This document shows positions 1-9,348 of a stretch of 64,000 nt of DNA, piece after piece. Location: positions 23,305 through 87,304 of the IMG/VR virus record IMGVR_UViG_3300006921_000009. One strand, given 5' to 3'. Under the pieces are notes generated by a model. The model did not search any database, was not told the DNA's origin, and saw nothing but the letters and a program-made list of their open reading frames with translations. This DNA is from a virus. Positions within the stretch are counted from its first letter, which is position 1. Each line of letters opens with the position of its first letter. Both the position numbers and the translations under genes were made by a program.

Positions 1-711
1 ACTAGTATAAGTTGCCTTAGCTGCTTTTTCTTTCTTTTTTGCTGTAATACTATCAATTCTTTCTTGTAGTCCTTCAGGAGCTTTTGTATCTGATGCTAAA
101 CTAAGTTTACAATCCATTAGATATAACATTTCCTCTGTTTGCGTTAAATCTTGTTTGTCTACTTGTGTGATAGGTCCTTTTGCACCTACCCAAGTCTTAG
201 TTGTTTCTTTTTTACCTACAGTAGTCTCTGTACCGCATACTGCAACTTTAGCACACCAATCTTCAACGTTCTTATAGTTTACAATTAAACTTAAATAGTA
301 GTTGTGTTGAGGTGCATTATCATGTAATTCTGCTGTATCTGTACCAGAAAAGTAACAAGCCATATTATGATGTGTATGCAAGTGACCTATCTTACCTCCA
401 GCTTCTAGATGATCCATCCATTGCTCTGTAGCGTAATCGTCCCCAGCTTCCATATCATATTCTGTATATGCACTTGTTCCTATATCCATAAGAATACAAT
501 CATCTACTGATATAACCCATTTATTAGGGTCAGTATCAATAGATCCTTCTTTAGTAGAGTACAATAAAATTGCACTCCACTCTGTGTTTTGTTTAACCTG
601 CTTATGTAAAAAGTTAACTTTATTTACAAAGTTATCTGATAACACTACGCTAGGTGTGTATTTTGTCTTTACTTCCGTTCTTTTTGCTTTTACTTTGCTT
701 AATTTTTCCAT
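1..711 (-). CDS. JAB/MPN+ (JAMM) metalloprotease, deubiquitinase-like; 3' end truncated by the window edge
   Basis: Not in the ORF track because no stop lies in the window. Manual translation from ATG at 711: MEKLSKVKAK...NTEWSAILLY...GKIGHLHTHHNMACYFSGTDTAEL. This gives E44 and H112-x-H114-x7-S122-x2-D125, the canonical JAMM motif. Confidence 0.88.
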   Translation of the reverse strand, partial: MEKLSKVKAKRTEVKTKYTPSVVLSDNFVNKVNFLHKQVKQNTEWSAILLYSTKEGSIDTDPNKWVISVDDCILMDIGTSAYTEYDMEAGDDYATEQWMDHLEAGGKIGHLHTHHNMACYFSGTDTAELHDNAPQHNYYLSLIVNYKNVEDWCAKVAVCGTETTVGKKETTKTWVGAKGPITQVDKQDLTQTEEMLYLMDCKLSLASDTKAPEGLQERIDSITAKKKEKAAKATYTS

Positions 712-720
712 AATCTTTGT

Positions 721-1926
721 TTATAAAGTTTGGTGTCTGTAATTTCTATTAAATTCATACACAGTATCTAAATAGAGATTAGTTACTGCTAAAATACTTG
801 TATTATCTATATCTATAGTTTCCCAATTGATATTTGGAGCTACTTCTTCACTATCTAGATTAGCTATAACATTATCTAAAGTAATTTCAAAATGGACAGG
901 TTGTCCTCCCCATGTTAAAACCCTATCAGCTTGTTCTGAACCATTAAATGCTTCTGCTTGTGTTATTTTGGCTAAATACCTAGATATAGGGTGGCTAAAT
1001 CCTTCTGAATTATTACTTAAAGGGATAAAATTATAATTAACTTTGTTACCTAGTATAGATGTTAAAAGTCTTCTTTCTACTATTGCATCATCTAATTCCC
1101 ATTGTTCTTTTAGTACTAACCTAAGTGCCGGTACTATAGAATTATTAACATTAGATATTGCTACTGGGTCTCTTCTTGTTGCTCTATTTAAATCAATTCT
1201 ACTATTTATATCTCCTACTATCTCAGGTTGTAGTTCAGGATTTTCTGATAATACCTTTAGTAAACTATTTTTAATACGTTTTTTTACTCTATATTCTTCA
1301 AGTAGCTCCGAACAGCTACCATTATCGTTGTCTTTTTCATGTACTACATTTCTTATATGGTAATAAGGTCCACCACCTATTGATTCCCATACTGCATAAG
1401 TACGTAGCAACAATAAAGTTTCTGTTAAAAGTGATTCTGTAATACCTTCTACTGCCATATGTGTTGTAGCAAAAGCTAATTCGGTACCACCACCTAAACA
1501 CATAGTACGCCATGTAAAATACTCAGTTATATCTCCTCTAGTGCCGCTTCTATTATTGTGTGGATGTGCAAAGCCTAGCATTGCTTCTAATGTAGTAGCA
1601 CTTGTTCTTAGTGCTTTTAATTCTGGAGTAACTAACTTTGAAAAATCATCACTAATAGGTAAAGCTATATGATAATTTGTTATAGTATGGCTATCTCCTC
1701 TTCTGTTTGTAATTGTTCCTTCTGGAATCCTAACAACTAAACGCCAGGTAGGACGTACGTCACTATTATACCTCCAGGCTTCTGTTAAGTTATCTTCACA
1801 TAGCGACAAGTCCCAATCTCCTGGGAATATTGCTTCCGCTACACTTGTTATTAAGTCAATTTTTAGTTGACGTGGATCCTTTTCTTCGCTTACTACTTCT
1901 ATTTCTTCGTTTACTTGTTCTGTCAT
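721..1926 (-). CDS. Prokaryotic E2 (UBC-fold)-like conjugating protein with C-terminal extension
   Basis: HPH (121-123) followed by CLG (C143) resembles the HPN/HPH...C signature of E2 folds; lies between a Ubl-like gene and a JAB gene. Confidence 0.62.
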   Translation of the reverse strand: MTEQVNEEIEVVSEEKDPRQLKIDLITSVAEAIFPGDWDLSLCEDNLTEAWRYNSDVRPTWRLVVRIPEGTITNRRGDSHTITNYHIALPISDDFSKLVTPELKALRTSATTLEAMLGFAHPHNNRSGTRGDITEYFTWRTMCLGGGTELAFATTHMAVEGITESLLTETLLLLRTYAVWESIGGGPYYHIRNVVHEKDNDNGSCSELLEEYRVKKRIKNSLLKVLSENPELQPEIVGDINSRIDLNRATRRDPVAISNVNNSIVPALRLVLKEQWELDDAIVERRLLTSILGNKVNYNFIPLSNNSEGFSHPISRYLAKITQAEAFNGSEQADRVLTWGGQPVHFEITLDNVIANLDSEEVAPNINWETIDIDNTSILAVTNLYLDTVYEFNRNYRHQTL

Positions 1927-1937
1927 AATTAACTTAT

Positions 1938-1968
1938 TAAAAAGAGGAGAGCATTATACCCTCCTCTT
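1938..1968 (-). terminator. Intrinsic terminator-like hairpin between the Ubl/small ORF and the E2 gene
   Basis: AAGAGGAG (1942-1949) pairs with CTCCTCTT (1961-1968); short U-tract on the minus strand. Confidence 0.55.
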
Positions 1969-1990
1969 ATATTATTGGTTTAAATCTTCG

Positions 1991-2113
1991 TTAAGGAGTA
2001 TCCTCAGTTTCTGAAATAATTGCAGGTATTACTACCTTTTTATGCCACTTTAAAATGACATTTTTTAATCTTTTTACCTCAGAGTCAATTTTCTTTTGAT
2101 CTTCAGCTGTCAT
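1991..2113 (-). CDS. Small hypothetical protein (40 aa)
   Basis: Manual translation MTAEDQKKIDSEVKRLKNVILKWHKKVVIPAIISETEDTP; starts 1 nt after the Ubl stop. Confidence 0.5.
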   Translation of the reverse strand: MTAEDQKKIDSEVKRLKNVILKWHKKVVIPAIISETEDTP

Positions 2114-2114
2114 C

Positions 2115-2354
2115 TTACTTACCAGATTTAATTTTACTTGGTGTTAAGAATACAGAAAACGCTCCTACAGGAAGTACACTGCTGTCAGATGTTAATCCTT
2201 CACGTACACCTCTAATCATTGCTGATGAGTCATTTGCATTAAAAGAACCTTCTGCATTAATTTCTGCTTTAAGCTCTCCCCATACTGTTGCTGCAGATGT
2301 TAATTCTACTCTTACGTCTCCTTGTGGGCTGATAATTGTGATAATTCTGTTCAT
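2115..2354 (-). CDS. Ubiquitin-like (beta-grasp) protein
   Basis: 79 aa with a strand-strand-helix (TVWGELKAEI)-strand pattern and a C-terminal tail PSKIKSG-K with a penultimate Gly; upstream of E2-like and JAB genes. Confidence 0.62.
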   Translation of the reverse strand: MNRIITIISPQGDVRVELTSAATVWGELKAEINAEGSFNANDSSAMIRGVREGLTSDSSVLPVGAFSVFLTPSKIKSGK

Positions 2355-2368
2355 AGTCTTTGTTTTTT

Positions 2369-2947
2369 TTAAGATAAAAGAGCAAATTCATATTTGCGTC
2401 TCATTAATAATTTGTTTGAAGTATGCACTTTTGCAATACCGTTTTCGTCATATGTTTTATAATGACAATATAATAATATTTTTTTAGGGTTTTTTAGTAA
2501 ACCTTTGCTCATAGCTGTAGCTAATCTACCTAATCCGCAATTGTAACTAAATAATCCTAAAGCTAAGAGAGTATCTCCTTTAACGTCATACTTAGCCTGT
2601 GTAGCATCAAGATAACTTTGAAAGTCTTTCTTTAATATTACATCGGCTACACTATCAGTTATGTTCTGATACGTCTCTCCTTTGAGCAAATGATGCCCAT
2701 ATCCTATTGTTGGCGAACCGTCATTATCTAAATAGATATTGCTCCTAAAACCTTCAAAAGATTTTATGTGTTCTATTGCATCTAGAAATGCACTATCTAC
2801 AACAGTATTCTCTGTTGGCATAAGTGTATCTTCTATTAGTGATGGCGTGTGTATAGGTACACACTTAGTTTTATTCTCATAAGATACTCCTATAAGAAGA
2901 AAACTTAAAAAGGTTATTGTAATAACCCTTAGTTTAAATTTAACCAT
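2369..2947 (-). CDS. Phage lysozyme (GH24) with N-terminal hydrophobic anchor; possible SAR-type endolysin
   Basis: FEGFRSNIYLDNDGSPTIGYGH matches the E-x8-D-x5-T triad; also SYNCG and RRKYE motifs; N-terminal segment VITITFLSFLLIGV. Confidence 0.88.
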   Translation of the reverse strand: MVKFKLRVITITFLSFLLIGVSYENKTKCVPIHTPSLIEDTLMPTENTVVDSAFLDAIEHIKSFEGFRSNIYLDNDGSPTIGYGHHLLKGETYQNITDSVADVILKKDFQSYLDATQAKYDVKGDTLLALGLFSYNCGLGRLATAMSKGLLKNPKKILLYCHYKTYDENGIAKVHTSNKLLMRRKYEFALLS

Positions 2948-3527
2948 TTATTAGGTCTATAGTAAATACTAATTTCCGCTGTTCTGCTGTCTCAACGAAA
3001 TGGTATCTTTTCCTCCCTGACTCTATTACGAAGTCTGGGCTGTCATCTGGAATTATACCACATTCCTGGAGCGCATCCTCAAAGAACTTTTCTAATAACC
3101 ACATATTACTTGCGTCAGGCATGTTACCACGCTTAATTTCATATATATCACAACTGATACTAAAGAATTTTCCTTCAGGTAGTGTGATTGGTGTTAATTG
3201 TTCTTTAATAAACGTACTAAAATACTCATGGTAATACTTTGCAATTGTCTTGCGTAAACGCCAATTTAAAGTTGCATTGTATAAATCTTGACCATTGAGT
3301 ATCCATCTATTCTCTGTGCCTACTTTTTTTGTGTTCTTAACGAACCTGTTCCCCTCTACATCAGCACAATAAGCCTTAGCTCCTCTAGTGAGAGGCTTAG
3401 GGCTTAACTGTGTTGCATATTTTTTAGGGAGTTTTTCCCGGTCCTTCCAAAGCCAGTATTTAGCTCTAGTGTTCTCAGATTTCAAATAACTAGCTTCCCA
3501 ATTGGGAATTGTAACTGTATTTTTCAT
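2940..3527 (-). CDS. rusA: RusA-like Holliday junction resolvase
   Basis: PDASN...KFFEDALQECGIIPDD matches the RusA D-x-x-N...K...D-A-L...DD pattern. Confidence 0.72.
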   Translation of the reverse strand: MKNTVTIPNWEASYLKSENTRAKYWLWKDREKLPKKYATQLSPKPLTRGAKAYCADVEGNRFVKNTKKVGTENRWILNGQDLYNATLNWRLRKTIAKYYHEYFSTFIKEQLTPITLPEGKFFSISCDIYEIKRGNMPDASNMWLLEKFFEDALQECGIIPDDSPDFVIESGRKRYHFVETAEQRKLVFTIDLING

Positions 3528-4503
3528 AAATCTCCGTTAAATAATCATTTAATTCTTCTAAACCATACAATTCTGCATAATCTGATGCATCTTTAGTACC
3601 TTCTGGCATAAAGAATACAGGTAAACTATGTTGTCCTGCTAACTTAGCAGCTGCAACTTTACCTGGTTCATCGTTATCATACAGTAACATCACGCTCTCA
3701 AACCGCTCTCTAAGATTGGTTACTAAGTTTGGTGATATTGTGTTTGATTCTGCTTGTGGTGCTACAGCAGGGATTTCTAATTGCGATAATACCGCAACAT
3801 CCTTTAATGACTTAGTAATAATTACTAAATCTCCATTTGCTTGTAGTTGTGACCAACCCTGTATAATATTTTCAGGGCAATTACTTCTCCATTTCAACTT
3901 TTTGTCTGCGTATGGTTGATAAATCTTCCATGCTTCTCTTTTGTCAGGTAATAATCCATTAAAATAGCCATACACATTACTACCACAGGCAGTATATACG
4001 CTATTAATGAAAAAACCAGACAGAGGATAAATATTAAATTTCTCTAAAGTTGCTGAATGTAAACCATATTTGTCATACCAGTATTCCTTATCGTTTTGGT
4101 TAAACTTACGTGTACAAACACGTATATCTACTACTTGTTCTGGAATATCTGTAATATTAAAATTTGATTTACTAACGGCTACCCTATCATTTGATAAGGT
4201 AACCGTAGACAATAAATTTAGATTAAAATCTCTGTTTACCATTTCTAAAGCCTGTATAAACGTAACTCCGTACTTTGTCTGAATATAATCAAAACAATCT
4301 CTTGTTTCTTGTTCAGAAAAATCTTTGTAAATTAGTTTATCCCCTGCTTTACATATACTGCAAGTAGGGTTTTTATCATTCCTTATTTCACTTCTAAAAG
4401 TTGCATAAAGTTTATTAAATGGACTACAGTAACTGTTAAATATGTCAAACTGATTGACTTTTTCCAATACATTAGCTTTGGTTAAGGGTTTCCTTACATC
4501 CAT
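3490..4503 (-). CDS. dnaG: DNA primase (TOPRIM), crAss type
   Basis: N-terminal zinc-binding-like region, IITKSLKDV and LLYDNDEPG TOPRIM motifs, KDASD. Confidence 0.85.
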   Translation of the reverse strand: MDVRKPLTKANVLEKVNQFDIFNSYCSPFNKLYATFRSEIRNDKNPTCSICKAGDKLIYKDFSEQETRDCFDYIQTKYGVTFIQALEMVNRDFNLNLLSTVTLSNDRVAVSKSNFNITDIPEQVVDIRVCTRKFNQNDKEYWYDKYGLHSATLEKFNIYPLSGFFINSVYTACGSNVYGYFNGLLPDKREAWKIYQPYADKKLKWRSNCPENIIQGWSQLQANGDLVIITKSLKDVAVLSQLEIPAVAPQAESNTISPNLVTNLRERFESVMLLYDNDEPGKVAAAKLAGQHSLPVFFMPEGTKDASDYAELYGLEELNDYLTEIYEKYSYNSQLGS

Positions 4504-4528
4504 TGCTGTGCTTGTTTAACTAGTTATA

Positions 4529-5122
4529 TTAAAATACTATCTCTGCAGGTGTTGAACCATCAAAAGTTGTTGGTGTTGACTCCATAGTAGTTGGTGTAGG
4601 CATAACATACACATCGTACTTAGGGTTTGTAGAAAAAGTTGAAGGTGTTGTACCATCTAATTCAATAAAGTTTGGAAACTTAGGGAAGTTAGGGTACCAT
4701 TTACCGTTTGACTTGTTCTCTTTGTAGATAATTTTCATTGTGAAAGTTTTATCTGCTGCTTTAGGCAAAATGTGAGTTGCAACTGCAGAAATAAATCCTA
4801 CAAATGTTCCATCTCCATGTGCTTCTAAAATAGAGTAATACTCATCTTCAGAAACAATTTTAGTACAAATGTGAAGCATCTCACGGTTTACTTGTACAAT
4901 AGCCCATTCTTCTGTTGAATCCCAGAAAGAGTGAGTGAATTTTGCACCATTGCGTTGTCCTATAGTTAAGGTTGCTCTGTTTCCAACTGGGTTACCATTT
5001 TGATCTTTAGCCATTTCTAAAGAAACTAATTTGTTACCTACTACTTGTTCTCCTACTAAGATAGGACTTGATCCGTTAGCACTAATTGCTACGCCTTCAT
5101 TGTTTGTTCTTGATCCGTACAT
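4529..5122 (-). CDS. Putative single-stranded DNA-binding protein
   Basis: Position between the Sak4-like ATPase and primase; beta-rich with a flexible tail ending in Phe. Inferred from context. Confidence 0.45.
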   Translation of the reverse strand: MYGSRTNNEGVAISANGSSPILVGEQVVGNKLVSLEMAKDQNGNPVGNRATLTIGQRNGAKFTHSFWDSTEEWAIVQVNREMLHICTKIVSEDEYYSILEAHGDGTFVGFISAVATHILPKAADKTFTMKIIYKENKSNGKWYPNFPKFPNFIELDGTTPSTFSTNPKYDVYVMPTPTTMESTPTTFDGSTPAEIVF

Positions 5123-5219
5123 AAAATACTTGTTTAATTAATTAATAATGTGGAATTGTTTTAGATAGTTTACTATCTACTTCTCGGATCTTCGCTTTCT
5201 TTACTTTTATTACTTTCCA

Positions 5220-5609
5220 TTAAAATATAGGACTTACAGAAGCTGTTGGAGCTGCTGTTGGAAGTTCATCTGCAAATGCGTCATCTAACGCAGTTGGATA
5301 GTCTGTAGGTTCTGTTCCTGATACATCATCTTGTGTTTCCTCTACGTTCTCTGCAGGCATATCTTCCATAATCACTATACGTGTTGGTTTAGGGATTACT
5401 ACTTTAAGTCCTTTAAGTCTTGAATCTTGGAATAAAAGCGTTGTTTCTGCTTTTGTCATTCCGTACATTTCTTGAACTGAACCTAAGTCTGCATTATAGC
5501 TAGGATCTCCTACTCTACGAGTAATACCTTTCTTTAATGCTAGTTTAATTTCTGCAATAGATACGTAAACTTTCTCACTTCTCTCTAAACCTTCATTTTC
5601 TTCGCTCAT
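5220..5609 (-). CDS. Hypothetical protein with acidic C-terminal tail
   Basis: 129-aa ORF in the replication operon. Confidence 0.6.
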   Translation of the reverse strand: MSEENEGLERSEKVYVSIAEIKLALKKGITRRVGDPSYNADLGSVQEMYGMTKAETTLLFQDSRLKGLKVVIPKPTRIVIMEDMPAENVEETQDDVSGTEPTDYPTALDDAFADELPTAAPTASVSPIF

Positions 5610-5627
5610 CTTATTTGTTTTTAATAG

Positions 5628-6449
5628 TTACTTTTTAATTTTGTCTGGAAATACTAAGCTCCAGTCAATATTTGCTAATTCATTTGTTTCTTCGCTGTAA
5701 TCTGCTACTTTGATTACTTGACCACGTAAATGATCACATCTAGAACCACATAGAATTTGGTCAGAGCTTTTAAAGTTAACTAAAACTTCACTGTCTTTAC
5801 CTCTATGTAAGTATCCAATAGCATCAGCATCAGCACAAAGAATCTGCTTTAATTTACCAGTAAGATCTAAATCTTTGGCATCTACTTCTTTACCTGCTTT
5901 TTCAATAACAGAATCTTTTAAGTGACCTATAAGAATTACATTGTCAGCCAATTTCTTGATTTTTTCAATTAATTCCATAAAAGCCAATCTAAGATAAAGA
6001 TAACCACTACCTTTAGGTAGTATTCTTACGTCATCTCCTGTAAAACCTTTCCCCATAGGAGTAGCTCTATACTTTTCTGCTGCTAAAGATAGACACATAT
6101 CTTCCATTCTTGTTACAGTATCTACAGTAATAAAATCATAAGGTCTACCGGCTAGCATAATTGCTTTACCTGCTTCCATTAAGTAATACTGAGGTACTTC
6201 TAATGCCATACGAGCATCAAAGGATTCTTGTGTCTCATTAGCTGGTGCATTAATACCAATAATATGCATACTTAAAGAATCTAGGAACTGAGTCCCTCCC
6301 TCTAAGTCTAATATCATATTGCCTGGTAAAGTACTTACTAATGTAGTCTTACCCATCTTAGGACTAGAATATAGGATAGTTACCCTAGGATCTCGTCTAG
6401 ATGGCTTGCTCTTAACTGGTAGTTTAATTTCTCTACTCATTTGTTGCAA
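5628..6449 (-). CDS. AAA_24/Sak4-like P-loop ATPase (recombination/annealing)
   Basis: Walker A SSPKMGKTT, LDLEGG, Walker B-like ITVDT, ILIGH. Confidence 0.8.
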   Translation of the reverse strand: MQQMSREIKLPVKSKPSRRDPRVTILYSSPKMGKTTLVSTLPGNMILDLEGGTQFLDSLSMHIIGINAPANETQESFDARMALEVPQYYLMEAGKAIMLAGRPYDFITVDTVTRMEDMCLSLAAEKYRATPMGKGFTGDDVRILPKGSGYLYLRLAFMELIEKIKKLADNVILIGHLKDSVIEKAGKEVDAKDLDLTGKLKQILCADADAIGYLHRGKDSEVLVNFKSSDQILCGSRCDHLRGQVIKVADYSEETNELANIDWSLVFPDKIKK

Positions 6450-6475
6450 TTTTTGTGTTAATAATAAAATGTTGA

Positions 6476-7621
6476 TTATAGATCAGGATTCTGTACCCAT
6501 ATGCCATTTATGTCTTGAACATATTTTGCTCTCTTGTTGGTCATGGTTGATGCCATTGTTTCTATATCTTCATTCATGTCTTTTTGTCTAGGTAATTCTC
6601 TGAATGTACCTGCTGGACCTATAAAATTCAAACCTAAATTAATATTAGGCTCTCCATCACGATTTTCTAGTATTTCTAAGTTACGATAAGTGTTACCTAA
6701 CGTATTCATATTGTACCCTTGAAATCTCTCAATGTTGTGTCTATACGGGCTAAATAACGTCATAATAACGTTCGCATCCCTTGTTGTATATTTACTATCA
6801 CCGAAATCTTTTAGTGTTGGTGTAAGCCTATTACTTTTATGTCTTTCATCACTCTCAGAGTCAAATGCCATCTGCTGAATTACAACAGGTGACGCTCCGT
6901 AGTTATTACGTAGTTGTACAAGATACTGACTCATTTTGTCAATATTTTGTTTTGTACTAAATCCACGTTCTTCTAACATTAAAGCGATATGGTCAATAAA
7001 AATTAACCAATACCTTTTAGGATTGTGAGGTTTATAACTGTCAAATCTCATAATAGGAGCTTGATCAGTATTTTTATTAATGTTCTTCATCTTAACTTCG
7101 CCAAATGATTTAGCTTTGTTAAGTAAATACTTATTAATACCAGTAGGATTGTCAGGCATATCATGCACTGTGACTACATCCTCCATTTCATCAAAGTATG
7201 CTTTGTACTTCAATACTAGCTCATATAATTCATCACTACAATGATTCTCTCCACGTGATAGTATAGTATTAGCATCAGCTACGATACCGTAGTCATGCCA
7301 TATCTTTCTACTAATACCTTTAAGAATCTTTGTTTTTTTATCTATCTCATAAGAGAAATAATCTATATCTAACTCAAAGCCATTAAGTTCGCCTGCGTCT
7401 TTAAGATTTTTGTAATAATCATATGCGCCATAATAAAATACATCATCTGCAAATGAAGTTTTACCTACCTTAGTACCAGCACCTATTAAATAATAAGTAC
7501 TTTGTTGTATATTAGGTAAGTATTTCTTCAGTCTTTGAAATGGAATAGGAATACCTTTGTTTTCACCAGCTCTACCACCATCAATGGTATCTCTAGCTTC
7601 ATCAAATCCTGTTTTTATCAT
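6476..7621 (-). CDS. dnaB: DnaB-like replicative helicase
   Basis: GAGTKVGKTS Walker A, IFIDHI Walker B, VVIQQ, PTLKDFGDS...RDANV, ENRDGE. Confidence 0.85.
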   Translation of the reverse strand: MIKTGFDEARDTIDGGRAGENKGIPIPFQRLKKYLPNIQQSTYYLIGAGTKVGKTSFADDVFYYGAYDYYKNLKDAGELNGFELDIDYFSYEIDKKTKILKGISRKIWHDYGIVADANTILSRGENHCSDELYELVLKYKAYFDEMEDVVTVHDMPDNPTGINKYLLNKAKSFGEVKMKNINKNTDQAPIMRFDSYKPHNPKRYWLIFIDHIALMLEERGFSTKQNIDKMSQYLVQLRNNYGASPVVIQQMAFDSESDERHKSNRLTPTLKDFGDSKYTTRDANVIMTLFSPYRHNIERFQGYNMNTLGNTYRNLEILENRDGEPNINLGLNFIGPAGTFRELPRQKDMNEDIETMASTMTNKRAKYVQDINGIWVQNPDL

Positions 7622-7627
7622 AGTATA

Positions 7628-8206
7628 TTATATTTCTTTGTGCCAAGAACTTCCACCACCACTCTCTGTGTTGGCTAATGAACTTCCCCTATCTGCAACA
7701 TCTTCTATCATAGCACCTAACATAGAGCTATTGTTTTTGTTGATAAAATAGTCAGCACATATCATGAATTTATAAGAGTTTAAGCTACACTCATAGACAT
7801 ATTGTCTAGTTGCAGCTATAATTTGCTCTTTAGTAATAGACGGGTTAAGTCTAACAAATGTACGTAACTTTTTAGCTACGCCTTGTTTATCTCCTCTAAC
7901 TGGTCTACCACCTGATTTTACACCTTTAGGAAATAATCCACGCCATTCTTCTATCCAGTCCTCTTGTACCTTTACAGGTTTTTTAGTGACTATGTTAAAG
8001 ATTGCGCTTGTTTTTCCTTTTAATGCCACCTCTCCGTCTCTAAGACGTACGTAACCAAGTTCTTCTAACTTGACATTCATATGTCCTTTTAACTTATTAG
8101 AGGCATTAGGGTAAGGTTGCTCAAAATACAATGATGCTAAATAACAATACAATGATGGCGTTAAATTTAATTTCTCTAAATCATTAAGGTTTAGTAAAAT
8201 TTCCAT
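7628..8206 (-). CDS. Hypothetical replication protein (possible helicase loader or initiator)
   Basis: Directly upstream of DnaB; winged-helix-like N-terminus. Function inferred from context only. Confidence 0.45.
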   Translation of the reverse strand: MEILLNLNDLEKLNLTPSLYCYLASLYFEQPYPNASNKLKGHMNVKLEELGYVRLRDGEVALKGKTSAIFNIVTKKPVKVQEDWIEEWRGLFPKGVKSGGRPVRGDKQGVAKKLRTFVRLNPSITKEQIIAATRQYVYECSLNSYKFMICADYFINKNNSSMLGAMIEDVADRGSSLANTESGGGSSWHKEI

Positions 8207-8217
8207 ACTTGTTTGTT

Positions 8218-9348
8218 TTACGATTGCCCGTCATTCTTAATACGATTTATAGTAGCAACTAGTGCTTCAAAATCATCTACATTAATAACGTTAAATCCTT
8301 CTTGTGATGTTCTTACCCACTTTTCTTCTACAGAATCCCTCACGTATGTCCTAATGGCTATACTGTGCTTTCCATCCATATCCTTACGTAACAATCTACC
8401 TAAAGTTTGTATTTGTTGTCTTTCTTTGGCGTATCTAGCCAATAAAATACCAAATACTAATCTCGGTAACGTTACTCCCTCATCAAATATCTTAGGTACA
8501 GACATAGTCCGTACATTAGTATCTGAGTCAGAGAAAAGTGCCAGGCGTTTTGCCCGTTGTTTTGCTGAGTGACCACTATGTATTGCTACACAGTCATCTC
8601 CTAGTTTAGCTGCAACATCTTCAGAGAATTTCTTGTTTAATGAAAATATGATACCATACTCATTAGGAAATAATCCTACGATGTCTTCTGCTGCTTGTAA
8701 CTTTTGTTCAGCTGAATATATTAGCCTGGAACGTTGTCCTATCTTCTTCCAAGATTGTTTTTGAAACTGTTGCCACGAGTAATCAATTTGTTCTGTTAGT
8801 TCTTTATACTTAGCTCTTTCAGCCGGTGTAAGATAAACAGGATAATTGATGATTGTGAAATCAGCTATAAAACCCTCCTCCTGAACATCTTCCATATTAA
8901 GCTCATCTACTACAGGAATGTAATAACTAAGCATACGTATTTGTTCTGGTGTTAAGGAAGCAGACAAACCAAGGATTCCTTTGGCTGTTACTTTTGTAAA
9001 AAATGGCATTTTGTTGTCAGTAGTTACGTGATGAACCTCATCAAGTACAACTGCGCTGTAGGAATTGCCATCCTGTTTTCTAATAGATGCGTAGCAAATG
9101 AATTTGCATTGCTTTAATAGATGTTCTTTGTTAAATTTAGTAAACTCTTCTTTAAAGTTAACTATAACAGCATCTGTAGGGCATACTATTAACACTTCTT
9201 CTTCAGGATATGCTTTTACAAACTGTTCTATTACTAGAAGTCCTGCAAAAGTTTTACCTGTCCCTGTAACGTACTTAAGGATACCACGGCATTGATTGCC
9301 TACCCATTTACGTAGTCCGTTACGGATCAGTTCTTCTCTCCTATTCAT
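8218..9348 (-). CDS. Superfamily 2 helicase (DExH)
   Basis: TGTGKT, LDEVHH, LSAS, FDEGV, QTLGRLLR motifs. Confidence 0.9.
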   Translation of the reverse strand: MNRREELIRNGLRKWVGNQCRGILKYVTGTGKTFAGLLVIEQFVKAYPEEEVLIVCPTDAVIVNFKEEFTKFNKEHLLKQCKFICYASIRKQDGNSYSAVVLDEVHHVTTDNKMPFFTKVTAKGILGLSASLTPEQIRMLSYYIPVVDELNMEDVQEEGFIADFTIINYPVYLTPAERAKYKELTEQIDYSWQQFQKQSWKKIGQRSRLIYSAEQKLQAAEDIVGLFPNEYGIIFSLNKKFSEDVAAKLGDDCVAIHSGHSAKQRAKRLALFSDSDTNVRTMSVPKIFDEGVTLPRLVFGILLARYAKERQQIQTLGRLLRKDMDGKHSIAIRTYVRDSVEEKWVRTSQEGFNVINVDDFEALVATINRIKNDGQS

